From assembly GCA_000388065.2 (NCBI GenBank), contig KB932202.1: a DNA stretch of 64,000 nucleotides; one strand, 5' to 3'. Position 1 is the first letter of the stretch; every line of letters begins with the position of its first letter. The notes beneath the pieces were generated by a model, which was not told the origin of the DNA, did not search any database, and saw only the letters and a program-made list of their open reading frames with translations. A program made the translations under genes and the position numbers. The DNA comes from Fonticula alba ATCC 38817 (Eukaryota > Protista > Nucleariida). Positions 24,968-36,713 of this stretch are shown piece after piece.

Positions 24968-26576
24968 ATGTGTGTGCGGGTGTACACACATGCATCGCCC
25001 GGGCAGCAGAGGCAAGGGGTGCTCGGGTGAGAAATCGCCCATATATGCAGCCAGCATGTGGTGTTGGTTGCCGGCAGGGGCAGCAGAAAGGCCAAGCAGA
25101 AACTCTCAAAATCATCAACCACATACCTGTTGCGCGGGTCCTTCAGCCACGAGGCAATCTCCTGGAGGCCGCCGTGCCACGATTGGGACTCCGGCGTGCA
25201 GCCGGTGTGGTGCCCAAGGTCAAAGTAGCCGGTCAGATCCCGGCAACTCAGCATGGGAAACGCTCCAACCACGGCGGGGCACAACTACATCCGAGCAGGC
25301 CAATCGGCAGGGGAAGGTCAGCAATCCGGATGGCTCAGAAAAGCTAGAGGGGCGGGGGGGGAGGGGGCGGGGTGGGAATGTGGCGACGCCATCTTGCTCC
25401 GGCGGGGCATACCTGTGCGGCAGCTCGGCCGCCGTGGCACAGGCGCAGGGGCTCCAGCCCGGGCGCGTGGGGCAGCAGCCCCGGGACGTAATGCACATCC
25501 AGCTCCAGGCGCCGGACGCCAACCTCCAGCAGCTCAGTCAGAGAAAGGACCTGATTGTGAGGGATGACCCCGCCGCCGAGGAGGGGGGATTGGATCCAAA
25601 AGCGCGTGCGGGAGGCTGGGCAGCGGCGATGGACATGCGCGTGCGCAGCCGGTGGACATGGGCACAGGGGATTGGGGGGAAGAGATGCCGAGACACGGAC
25701 ACCGAGTACGTATGCCCGCGGAGATCCGATAAAGCAGTGGGCCGTTCGCACATACGTCGCAGCAGCAGCAGCAGCAGCAGCAGCAGTGGCCGTGCCGGCG
25801 TCCGCGTGAGCAGTCATCAGAGCAACGAGTCAATGGCGGGGAAAAAGGCCCGAAGAGCCGGGAGGGCTTCCCTCATGGGGAGATCGATATACTGAGCGGG
25901 GCTTGACCCGGCGGACAGACGCGTACCGAGCCGCGAATAGCTGCCATAGGCGTTGTGCGCGCAGATGTGGGGTAGCAAGTGGAGCGGCTCATCGCGGGCC
26001 AGATGGCCTTGGAAGCGTACGGTGCTCGCGAGCCACTTTGCAGTTGGCGGCCAAATGCGGTCAGAAGAGTGGGGTGCTTGCTGTTAGGAGCAATCCATCG
26101 TCATTGGATGGCCACGGCCAGCTAGGGAGGACCGGCGCCGGCGGCCAGCAACCGCAGGCCGAGGGACAAGGCCGGGTGCCATGGAGCTACCGGAGGAGGG
26201 CGCGTACCTGGGATGCGTGTGCCGGCAGGGGGCTGATGATGCCGCGTTCGGCGAGGTCCAGGTGCCCCACGCCCCAAGGGGAGTTTTTGGCCGCCACCCG
26301 CGGGTCCGGCAGGCCCATGATGCGTGTCAGACGCAAGGCGCCAAGATCCTCCAGTAGTTGGTCCACCGGCGGCCATGTCCGGATCCAGTGCAGCCAGTCG
26401 TCCCAGCTGTCCGGCAGGTCCGGCAGGGCGATGCTCTCGTCACCGGCGTCGGCCGCGGGCGAGGCTATTCCCCGGTCGGGTGCGTCGGCCGCTCGACCAT
26501 GCTCGGCCAGGAGCACGCCGGCCAGAAGGAGCACCATCAGAGCCAGGCGCCGGGCTAGATGTCCGGGGCGCTGCAT
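22093..26576 (-). CDS. Secreted/surface PLC-like phosphodiesterase (PI-PLC X-domain-like TIM barrel), 9 exons, ~887 aa
   Basis: Model complement(22093..22694,22999..23146,23416..23872,24192..24429,24585..24919,25127..25284,25413..25615,25927..26080,26208..26576) is 2664 nt with all phases matching. It has a signal peptide (RRLALMVLLLAGVLLA), catalytic-type motifs CAHNAY, HNQVLSLTELLEVGVRRLELDVH and LCHG, plus YVWSFAPG, and a hydrophobic C-terminus. Confidence 0.8.
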
Positions 26577-29152
26577 GGCTGGGAAAAGGGGGAGAAGCCC
26601 AGTCGACTGGCGCAGCTGTGTGTGCGGGATGGCGCTTGTACCGAGGACAAGAGGGGCGAGCGGGCGGTGATGGATTTGTATGTCCGTGTGTCCGTGTGTC
26701 CGTGAGTGCGCCGAAAGGTGGAAGGGGAGGCGGAAGAGGAGGTGCGGCGGCTGGCGTCAAGATCGGGGTGTGAGTGTTGCTGGCGGCTGCCGAGCCGATG
26801 GTGCTCCCTTTTGGGTGAGCTGCTCCCTCAACAGGGTGGTGGATGCTCCGGGAGGGGCCTTTGCCCGGACAATGTCGGGTCCCGCGCTGTTGGGAGTAAG
26901 CTCCCAGAGCCTGCTCCTGGAGCCCACCCCTGGAGCTCGCGCCTGGCGCCCCTATTCCATGCCGTGAGCATCGGATCTAGCCGCGAGCTGGCCGCCGAGG
27001 GGAAGCCCCCGCAGCTCGCGCATCAAGCTACAAGGCCAACATAAAGATTTACAGACACACACACACACAGACAGACACACACATGCACAAACATGCACAA
27101 ACATGCAGGCAGGCGTGCATGGGCTGATCCACGGGGCGCGGACCGATGTAATTACAGGGATCGGCCAGAGCCGGCCTTGGAACATGCGGACATTGCGCCA
27201 GGGCCAGGGTCGGCCCCCGGAAAAGGGACCAGGTAAACTTGGCAGGCCAGATCCTCGTCTCGGGGTGATCGGGGGCGCCGGGTTTTCTTCCGTCAGCAAA
27301 CACAGTCGCACTCGCGCGCAAAGTGCGCGGTCCGATCGCGTGCCGGCCTGGTAGTTGAGGGGCCAGCCGACGGAGGGGGCCTCGGTGGGGCTTTCGATGT
27401 CCAGCCCCCCACCACATATAACCACCATACATGCGCTCACACACACGCACACACACACACACACACACACACNNNNNNNNNNNNNNNNNNNNNNNNNNNN
27501 NNNNNNNNNNNNNNNNNNNNNNNNNNNNNNNNNNNNNNNNNNNNNNNNNNNNNNNNNNNNNNNNNNNNNNNNNNGGGCCCCTCTCCCGTGTCGCCGGGGC
27601 AGTGCAGCCGGGGCAGCGGCGCTGGCTGCTGCCGGCCCGGGGGGAGGGGGGGGGGCGAGGGGTAGGCAGGCCCACGCGACGCCGCGACGGGCTCCCTGTC
27701 TGCGGGTGTCGCTCAACAGCGGGCGCTATCTCCCTGGAGAGATAGCCCCCCCTCCGGAGGAAAACACCATCTTTCCACCCGGAGGCCATCACGCCCCTCT
27801 GCATCGGGGGGGATACCCGCAGCGACACACACACACACACACCCGTGCAAACATGAATATTAAACAGGGATACACACACGCACACACACACTGGCGCATG
27901 TCTTGCAAATATTCTCTCCCGGCCCCCAGCCATTCGGTCCGCCCCAATCCCTTCGGCCAAAAGACGCCTGTTGCGAGGTCCCTCCCCAACACGCGAGTAT
28001 GCTTCCGGGGAACCCGCACACGGCCTTGGCATGGGGCTGGCCTCGACGGGGCGTGCCGTCCCGGGCCCCCTTGGCGCCGGGACCGACCGGGAGCGCCCCC
28101 GCGCCCCGCAGCACCCCCCCCCCCCCCGGGGCGGGGACCCTGCTCTCCCTGTTTGGGCCAGGACAGGGCGTGTGCGATCGGCTCTAGTGCCAACTGGTTG
28201 AGCCGGCGGCAGCGTTTCTGTGGGGAAGAATAATGACCAGACCCAGGGCATATGCCGGGCCCCAGCGGCAGCCCCGGCCCGGCCCTGCCTAGCCCGCCCG
28301 GTCACCTGCGGACGGGCCCGAAAGCCCCGTAAGAGAGCCCGGCAGACAGGCCAACTTCGAGCAGGGGCACCAGTGTTGCCCCGAAGGCGGGCTAGATCGC
28401 CCCCCGCCCCCCCTCCCCTGCCACCCCCTCGCCCGCCACCAGACGGCCCTTCAATCACTTGGGCTCGGTCGCCCCCCTCGGGGCGGGCTCCGATGCATCT
28501 TCCGGCGTGGGAGGGGGGGGGGGGGGGGACGACTCACACGGCCCCACGCAGACCCGGCCCAAACGCCTGCCCCGGCCCGCCGGGGCTCGTCGATCCCCCG
28601 GCCCCGGCCCTTCGAATCTCTCGGGCCGCCTCTCAAGCTCTCTTCAAACTTTTCCCTCGCCCGGCACGTTCTCATGCGATGCTCATGCCACGCCATGCAT
28701 CGCGCGCCCAAACCCGATCGGCAAAGCGGCATGCCGGCACACCGGCCCGTGTTTACACCGGCCCGCCGGCCCGCCCGCCCGCCCGCCAGGATGGATGCAT
28801 CCGTGCATATGTCATGCGCTCGCCCAGAGATGAGGCTGGGGAGTCGATTTTTGTGTCGCGCCACGCCACGCCATCCACCCACACCCATACACACCTCACA
28901 TTGGCTGCATGTATGTGTTGTGGCCAGACACAGATGTATTCGGACAATGAAGAAGGAAAAACAAGAGCACAAACAACATGCACGAGCGACTGAATTTCCC
29001 CCAGATCGACACACCCACCCACCCACACACACACGGCAGCTTGGCGGCCCTCCCCCGCTGCGATCGTGTGCCATTCGTGTGAATGGATCTCGACACGACA
29101 AGCATGCGCGAAGGAAGAGGCAAGCAGCCTTGCTCAGCAGCCAGGCCTTGTC

Positions 29153-31848
29153 TCATTGTAGCAGAGATGCCAGACCCTCACGCGAGTCGATGAAAACCGC
29201 GTCGCGGCCAGGCTCCACCGAAAGCCGAAGCCCAGCAAAGGCACCTAGACCCTCCCCAGCCACAGACACCCTAGGGGCCACCTCCGCACGCAGGGACCCA
29301 TCCACCTGGACACCGGAGTCCCGCAGCCAGGCAGTACACTGGTCCAGCAGGAGCCCGGCCGCGGTGGCCGGACAGTCGACGGCCCCAGGCCCGTCGGCAT
29401 TTTTGACCGGCGCAAATTCCGCCTCCCGGCGAACCAACTGCACCCCGGCCCGGCCCGCAGTGACGGTCCCCACCAGGGGCAGGGTGTCGAAAATGAAGAG
29501 TTCCAACTTCAAGCCACACAGCGAGGCCGCCCGGTGGCCGGCAGCCTCGGCCCGCGCCAGGCCGGCGATGCGCTTCTGCGCCTTGTGAAAGGGCAGCATG
29601 TGGAAGGCCCCCAGCCGGGCCAGATGCCGGACCACATCCAGGCGCATGTACTGGTGGCCGATGTTGGCCAAGTCGAAGGCCAGGCGCCCGGTGGCCGGGT
29701 CGGCCACCGCCCCGGCCAGGTCAGCCCCGAGCTCGGTGTACTCCACCACACCGAAGCGGCCGTGGCGCTCGGCAAAGACACCCACCGCCTCGGTTGGACG
29801 CACGCGCGGCACCGCCTTCGATGCCACGCGCAGGCCACCGGCCAGCGCCATGCCCACCAGCCCCGGGCAGGGGGCCCGCGTGAGGAGGTTATCCACGCCG
29901 CAAATCTGCAGGTGCCGGACCCCCCCGGCCTCCAGCCAGTCCAGCGTCCCGGACCGAGCGAGGGCCTCATACAGCCCGCCATTGCCATTCGGGGCGGTGG
30001 ACAGCCGGTAGGGCTCGGCCAGGATGAAGGTCCCATCCAGCAGATGGACCGCCGGCAGGCTGGCTTGCGTGAGGAAGCGCACCAGAGCCCGATCCAAGCC
30101 GAAAAAGTCCTCGGCCTCGAAGTAGGCCTCGGTATCGTGGTGCGTCTCGGCGCTGGTGAGCACCACCCACCGGCAATGCCGCGACAGGGGGCCCGAGGGC
30201 TGGGCCGCACTTTGCGCCACCACCTGGGCCCGGTTGCTGGCCGCCAGCAGGCGCTCGGCGTGCCGGCGAAAGATGCACTTCCCCGAGGGCAGCCCTGCCG
30301 GGGAGAAGGTGCCCTTGGGGCCGCGATGGCCGAGGCGCGTGCCCTGGCCGCCGGCCAGCAGGACCACGGCCACCCGGCCGCTGGCGATCTCCGCGCTTCC
30401 GAGGCGCGTCAATCCGGCCAGGTCCCTGGCGCTGCACTGGCGTCGGCCATCCGAGGCGGCCTGCCCGGTCGAAGTGTGCCCCTCATCCCGGGCCGAGAGG
30501 GCCATTGCCTCCAGGCTTGCGATGTCGGCGAAGGTGTCAGCCGCGACCGCGGCCCTGGCTTCCCCGCCATCCGACTGGCCATCCATGGCTCGGGCCAATT
30601 CCACGTCCGACACATGGGTCCAATCCACGACCAGCCCCGGGGGAAGGGGGCTCGGCGCGGTGGGCTGCTCGTCGGCCCCCGCGCCCTGGCGGTAAAAGGG
30701 ATGTCCATCATCCGCAGGCGGGGCCGTCAGCACCGAGGCCAGCGTGGCGTCCGGCTGTGTGGCCAATTCGGCCCACGGGAGCCCGGCAAATCCGCGCGCC
30801 AAATCCCCGTACGGGATGGCCTGCCCAAGAGCATGTATAGCGGGGGGCGGTGGAAAGACGCCGACGGAAAGGCCCCGGCACATGAGAGGCAGCGTCAGCA
30901 AAGCAGCCACATGATAGGGCGAGCGAGAGCGAGGGCCACACATGCCGATGGCCAACGAGGCAGCGGTGCATCAGCACACATGCGGGCCAGGGCCCACACG
31001 ACCTCACGGCGCACCTCCAACTGCTCAAGCAGCCTCTTGCGTTCTGCACTCCGCTCGTCGCCCAGACTCCCAGGCAAGGCTGCCTCACTGCGAGCGAAAT
31101 ACAGCAACGGATGGGCGTTCAGAGGAAGCACCGGCGCGTGGAGCTCATTGCGTGCCCAGAGGGCGCTGCACCGCTGCGCGAGGTGCCCGTCCCCCGACGA
31201 TCTGGACCACTCAGCCAGCAGGGCTTGCAGGTCTCTGCACAATGCTGCCATAGTCAGCGGAAAAGGCCAGAGGCACAGGGGAGCATCCCACCAGGGGGGG
31301 GGGGGGCGGGGGGCGGGGGGCGGGGCAACAACGGGGGACATTGGGCAGTGGAGGCTCGGCATCGCCATGGACATCACGCACACATCATACGGAGCCAGTT
31401 GCATCGTCAGGGTGGAGGGCTTGCCCGAGAGCATATTCCTGACAGACTGGAGCAATGCCCGCTCGATGTTCATCTCAGCAGGATGACTGCCGGGGTCGGC
31501 CTCGAGGCACACCACGCGAAGGCATTGGGACAAGAAGCCCCCATGATCGGGCAGCCCCGCAGGCACCAGGGTAAAGGCCACATGCTCGCCCACTCGCACC
31601 AGCAGAGCCGCCTGCGTCGGGCAGATGGCCACCACCAGCGTATTCGCATCGGCATGGCCCAGCACCGACACCGGGCGAAGCTGTGTCACGGCCACCAGAT
31701 GCCGGGACAAGCCACAAAGCTGGCCGTCCAGTGGATCTAAGTCCACCGGCGGCCAGAGGATGAAATCCTGCCCCCGAGGCCCAGGGCGCCCGACCAGCAG
31801 ACAGCGCCGAGGCGATGTCCCGTCAGCCTGGGAGCAGGTTTCCGTCAT
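29153..31848 (-). CDS. UAP1: UDP-N-acetylglucosamine pyrophosphorylase, probably with an extra ~155-aa N-terminal domain
   Basis: Motifs LLAGGQGTRLG..GPKG, PNGNGGLY, GVDNLL, VVEYTEL, KLELFIFD and EFAPVKN are present. The preferred model complement(29153..30820,31015..31234,31382..31848) is 2355 nt. An alternative start at ATG 31251 would give UAP1 without the extra domain. Confidence 0.88.
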
Positions 31849-32715
31849 GGCCAAGAGCAGGGAGGCACCGAATAGACAAGGCGGAAAGCTGAAGAGAAAG
31901 TGTGTGTGTGTGTGTGTGGGGCGGGCGGGCGGGCGGGCGGGCAGGAGGCGGGGGTGATGTGGGTTATAGGGTGCAATCTGGCCCGGTCTCGGTCGCTCGT
32001 TCGCGGGTGGTGCCCCCTGACCAATGTCCCTCCCGGTGCGCCCTCGTTCCCCTTTCTTTCCCTCCCGCCACTCGCGGCCCTAGGCCTCACGTCGCCCCTC
32101 CTTCGCCCGCCTCGCCCAGCGCGCGGGAAAAAAGGGCGGGCAAAGTGATCGAGATATGCCATCACGTGGTGCGTACAAAACAAGCCCGCCCCGATCTGAA
32201 GCTGTGCTAGATGTGTGGCACGGTGGACTGGGCAATCCCCGGTCGCGCCGCTCCCCCCCCCCCCCCCCGCGTCGCATACTTTCTGTGCGACTGAGCCGTC
32301 GCGGCCGAGCGGGGTTGGCTACCGCGCTCTCGGAGGGGGGGACTGCCCCGCGTGCAGGGGTGCATGCTGAGCCCGATACTTGCTTGAGGGGGATTCCTTG
32401 TGGGAAACGGGGGGGGGGGCGATCTCTTGGACTCCCGCCTCAGAGGGCGGAAGGGCCGAGGGCACGACTACCGGAAAGGGCCGCCCCCTGCTCTTGTCCT
32501 GGGGCGTATTTCGGGGCAGATCGATGGACACCTTTTTTCGCTCGCCCCCGTGGAATGGCGCCCCTCGTCGAGGCCTGGTCAAATGTTAGATCCCCCTCTC
32601 ACGGACTGCCGCCGCCGCCGCCCCCTTGGCCCTTCCTCCCCCCTCGCCTGCATTTCCCTTGCCCCTTCTCCCCGATGCCCCGGCTGCCTGGACTCCGGCC
32701 CTAGCAGCAACCGCA

Positions 32716-32748
<33 letters not shown>

Positions 32749-32753
32749 GCAAC

Positions 32754-34652
32754 ATGACCGACCGCCGTGGTGGCGGGCCACCGGGCGCCGCCATCGTGGC
32801 GCCCACCACCTCCTCGCTGCTGTCCCAACCGACCTCCGACCGAGGTCCTCTCTCGGCCAAGGGGGATTCGGCTGATGTCGCGTTCACCGCCCCATCCTCC
32901 GATGTTCGCACTCAGAGCATATACAGCATGTTTGGCCGCTTCGTCAACCAGTCTCCCCCGTGCTGCATCTGCTTTGAGGCCATCGCCGACACCGAGCCGG
33001 ACCCTGAGGCGGAATCCGGCCCCCCGGGGCCAGCCGACACCGGGCTTCTCTTTGCCCCCCTCCTCCTGGCCACCATCACTCCGGCTGCCTGCCGACTGCT
33101 TTGTGACCACCAGTTTCACGCAGCCTGCATTGGATCCTGGTTCATCGTGCGTGCATGTGGCATCTTGCCCTCCCCTATCCTTCTCCTGTCCCTCCCCTGT
33201 CCCTCCCCTGTCTCTCCCGCCCCCTCCCGCCCCCCCTCCCCATCTCGCCCTTTCCTCTCGATGGACCCCGCATTGTCTCCTGGCCCCTGCTCATGGGGCC
33301 CCTCACTCCAGCTGGCTCGCCGCTTACCCTTCGCCTTGCGGCCACTCCCACAGCACCAAGCCCGGCCGCACGATGGTGCCGGACTCAGCTGTCCGATTTG
33401 TCGGGAGCCCGTGGTATCGGGCTTTCTCCGGCGCTCCTCGCGAGCGCCCTGGTCGCGACATCCTCTGTCCGGGGAGCTTTTCTTGGAGCCGGCGATGGAC
33501 CCGCGCGACCCGCCACAGGCCTCGGCCACCGCCGGCCAGCCAACCGGCTCACTTTTCCGGGCCTCATTGTCCGGGACTGGCATGTTTCCCGAGACGCCCA
33601 GTGCAAGGCAGACCTCATTGCAGGGGGCCGTGCAGCCGGTTCAGCCGGCCCAGCTGGCCATCGAGTCGGATGACGACATAGACATTGACATTGACATTGG
33701 CATTGGCCATGGTGGTGGAGCCGATTCCTCCCCGCCGGTGCGTGTCCTCCGGTCGAGCACACGTTCGGCACTCCGGCCGACCCCGGCCACGCGGTCATCC
33801 CGCCGCCGGGCGGAAACGGTCTTGACGGCGGCCCAACTGCTTGATGCGCATTTCAGCTCAAATTCCGACGACTACTTCCCATCATCCCCTTCCTCGGGCT
33901 TTGGCTCCTCGTCGGGCTTCAGCTCTTCGTCGGACTTCAGCGACAGCAGCGACAGCGACAGCGACAGCGATGTGGCACCCCCCTCGTCGGGCCGGGCCGG
34001 AAGCCAGCCGGTCTGGCCATCGGAGCCGGCGACCGGGGCCCCCCCCTCGCCGGCACCGGTTCCTCCGCCACCACGGCCAGCGACTGCTCGGTCGACGCCA
34101 CCCCTGCCGGCGAGGGTGTCCTCGCCCCCGCCGTCCTCGCCAATCCGGACCCCGCCCCTTCCGCCGGAGCCGGATGCCTCGCCCTCACGACCGGCTATCC
34201 GTCGGCCTCCGGCGGAGCTCTCCTTCCTCCCGCCGCCTTCTTCACATTTGTCCGACAGCTTGCCCTTTCACCGGACGCCCCCGCCCCTGCCTGGGGTCCG
34301 AAACCAACGAGACGCCCAGCGTGCTCAACGGATCCTCCAACGCGTGCAGCTGGGAGAGCCTCCAACACGAACCGCCAGAGCCACGCCCCGGAGCGGCCAG
34401 ACCACGACCAGAAGCAGCGGCCCGCGGGCGGGCCATGTCGCTGGCACGGTCACCTACCAGCCGGCCCTGGCAGGCCGGGCAAATCCCCGACAGATGTCCT
34501 CCATGAGTGGCCCCATGCCGCGGGTGCGGAATCTCCCCCCAGCAGCCGGGGTGACCGGGGCGCGCGGTCGTGCTCCCGATGGCAGGAATGCTCCGATTGT
34601 TTTCCGCCGGCCAGGCAATGCCACTCGTCAAGCCCCCCAGAGCATGCCCTGA
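32754..34652 (+). CDS. RING-H2 finger protein (putative E3 ligase) with long Ser/Pro-rich disordered tail
   Basis: Model join(32754..33146,33354..34652). Ligands are CCIC...CDHQFHAAC...CPIC (C3H2C3); an intron separates ligands 6 and 7. Confidence 0.8.
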   Translation: MTDRRGGGPPGAAIVAPTTSSLLSQPTSDRGPLSAKGDSADVAFTAPSSDVRTQSIYSMFGRFVNQSPPCCICFEAIADTEPDPEAESGPPGPADTGLLFAPLLLATITPAACRLLCDHQFHAACIGSWFIVRACGILPSPILLLSLPCPSPVSPAPSRPPSPSRPFLSMDPALSPGPCSWGPSLQLARRLPFALRPLPQHQARPHDGAGLSCPICREPVVSGFLRRSSRAPWSRHPLSGELFLEPAMDPRDPPQASATAGQPTGSLFRASLSGTGMFPETPSARQTSLQGAVQPVQPAQLAIESDDDIDIDIDIGIGHGGGADSSPPVRVLRSSTRSALRPTPATRSSRRRAETVLTAAQLLDAHFSSNSDDYFPSSPSSGFGSSSGFSSSSDFSDSSDSDSDSDVAPPSSGRAGSQPVWPSEPATGAPPSPAPVPPPPRPATARSTPPLPARVSSPPPSSPIRTPPLPPEPDASPSRPAIRRPPAELSFLPPPSSHLSDSLPFHRTPPPLPGVRNQRDAQRAQRILQRVQLGEPPTRTARATPRSGQTTTRSSGPRAGHVAGTVTYQPALAGRANPRQMSSMSGPMPRVRNLPPAAGVTGARGRAPDGRNAPIVFRRPGNATRQAPQSMP

Positions 34653-35203
34653 GTATGTGTGCTCTCTCTCTCTCTCTCTCTTTTGGGGCTCTCCCCGTGA
34701 ATAGACCTTACGGCGCACCTCCATGTGTTCCCGCTCTGGGCCCTCTCCGCCTGCTGCATGCGTGCATGTGTCCTGGCCTCCTGTCGCTCCCTCTGCATAA
34801 GCATGTGTATGTATGTATGTATGTATGGAGGTGGACGTGTGTGGATGTCTGTGGGTGCATTTATCTTTTTCCATGTGTGTGGACGCAAGGGTTTATGCAT
34901 GTGCTAAATGTATGCCCCCGCGTCCATCCATTCTTAGGTTGGTTGGGGAGCCTGCGCATCCGGGCACAATCAACTGCCAGGGAAGGCCCCCTCCTGGCCC
35001 TGATGGCACCCAATCAAGCGAGCGCCAAGATTGCATATACAGTGGGCCCTGCATGTCGTCTGCCGCCTTTCCCGCCCCTCTCTCTCTCTCTCCCTCTGGT
35101 CCTCTCTTTTTCTTTGCCTCTCTCGTGCATGCCCCTGCGAAAAGGCATATGCAGCAGGCTGCTTTCAGACGGGATTTATTTCAATAAAAAAAAGGCACGC
35201 AAG

Positions 35204-35239
<36 letters not shown>

Positions 35240-35342
35240 GCCCAAAGGCTTGGCGCCCATGAGGCTCTTCTTGCCTGTCCCACACTATGTCTCTTGCCTC
35301 CGGGGCGCATGACTGTTCGAACCTGAGGACCGGAGAGGCGGC

Positions 35343-36713
35343 CTACATGACCGCACAGTCATTCGGCCCGCCAGGCTGCTCGGGACCCGCGTCCTTGCTC
35401 AGATCCTCGAGCAGGGACTGCAGCTTGTTGATGTCCCCCAGCAGCGGGTCCAGCAGGGCTGCCCCATCCGGGCCGGGGCCCTCACTGGCGGTGCTCTTGG
35501 CCGCAGGGCCCCGGGCCCCGGGATTCCCCCCAGGACCCTCAGCCGCCAGGAGCTCTTCCAGGGCTGCTGGGGTCGGACCGCTGGCGCCGGCAAAGATGGC
35601 ACCGATTTCCGCGCGGTCCGAATCGCTCATCACCTCATTGAGGAAGCCCACCGGGATGGCTCCGACCGCTTGGATGTCTTGGATGTACTGCAGCAGCTTG
35701 GTCTTCTGCACCGAGGTCAAGGGGGCTTCCGGGTCGCCGCAGCTGGCCGGAATGTCCGGGTCCGGCTTGGGGCAGGCGTCCGGCGATTCGCCCGGGGCCA
35801 AGGTCGCCTGGAAGGCCGGGTTATATGTGAGGAGAATCTTCCGCAGGATGACGATGTGCTGGTCGCACACGCTCTGCTCTTCCGGCGACAGGGTGTGCCG
35901 GTTGGCCGCGAGCCAGATGGGATACTGAGTGGAAGGGGTCCGAGCCAAGGGGAGAAGGTTGGAGAGGACAGCCGGTCAGAAGGACGGCCAGATGGCCACG
36001 GAGCGGGCGCAAGTGAGGGCCGGGGGGGGAGGACGGATCTCGTACGTTGTTCTCGAGCATGAGAATCGGCTCGTAAAGCACTTCCCGCGAAACAATCTGA
36101 ACCATCATGGCCTCCAGGAAGTTGGTCATCGATGAGCCGATGGTGTCCGAGAAGCTGGCGAACATGTCGTCCATATGCAAGTCAGCCATGGTCGGAAGCT
36201 GGGGGGAGAGAGAGAGAGAGGAAGAGGGAGGGCAGAGAGGATGAGCAGGGCGCAGCAGGTAAGTAGGCGGAGTCGGAGGGCGTCCGGTGTGTGTGGGGGG
36301 GGGGGGGGGGGGGGGGGGGGGAGTGCGCGTGCATGCACGCGTGGGAGGCGATGTGGGGGACGGGCGACATCGGCAGGGAAGGAGGCGGCGCACAGCATCA
36401 TGAGCCTGGGAGTGCTCCTTGGCCGACTGACGGATGGCGTCCTCAAGGGTGACTGGAGGGGCGGCCTCCTTGGGAGCGGTGTCAACCGGGGGCTCTTCCT
36501 CGACGGTTGAAGATTGGATGTTGGCCGAGGCCAGGGCGCCTGGACCGGACGAAGGGGCAAGCCGCAGGCAAATAGTCAGGCATGACGAGGGCAGGAGAAG
36601 GAGCCGGCGGAGGATCACGCACCAAGGAGCAAGTCGTCCACATCGAAGCCCGAGATGTCGGACAGGGCGGCAGGCGGCTTCGAGCAGGGCTCGCCGGTGT
36701 TGGGCTCGGACAT
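35343..36713 (-). CDS. PEX19: Peroxisomal membrane protein receptor PEX19, 4 exons, ~323 aa
   Basis: Model complement(35343..35924,36046..36198,36394..36539,36623..36713) is 972 nt. The core IVSREVLYEPIL...NYPIWL..NR and YIQDIQAVGAIP matches PEX19, and the protein ends in the CaaX box CAVM. Confidence 0.92.

Noticed and set aside
26600-29100. ORFs between the PLC-like gene and UAP1
   Set aside because: They are low-complexity, built from microsatellites and gap sequence, and give no supportable protein.
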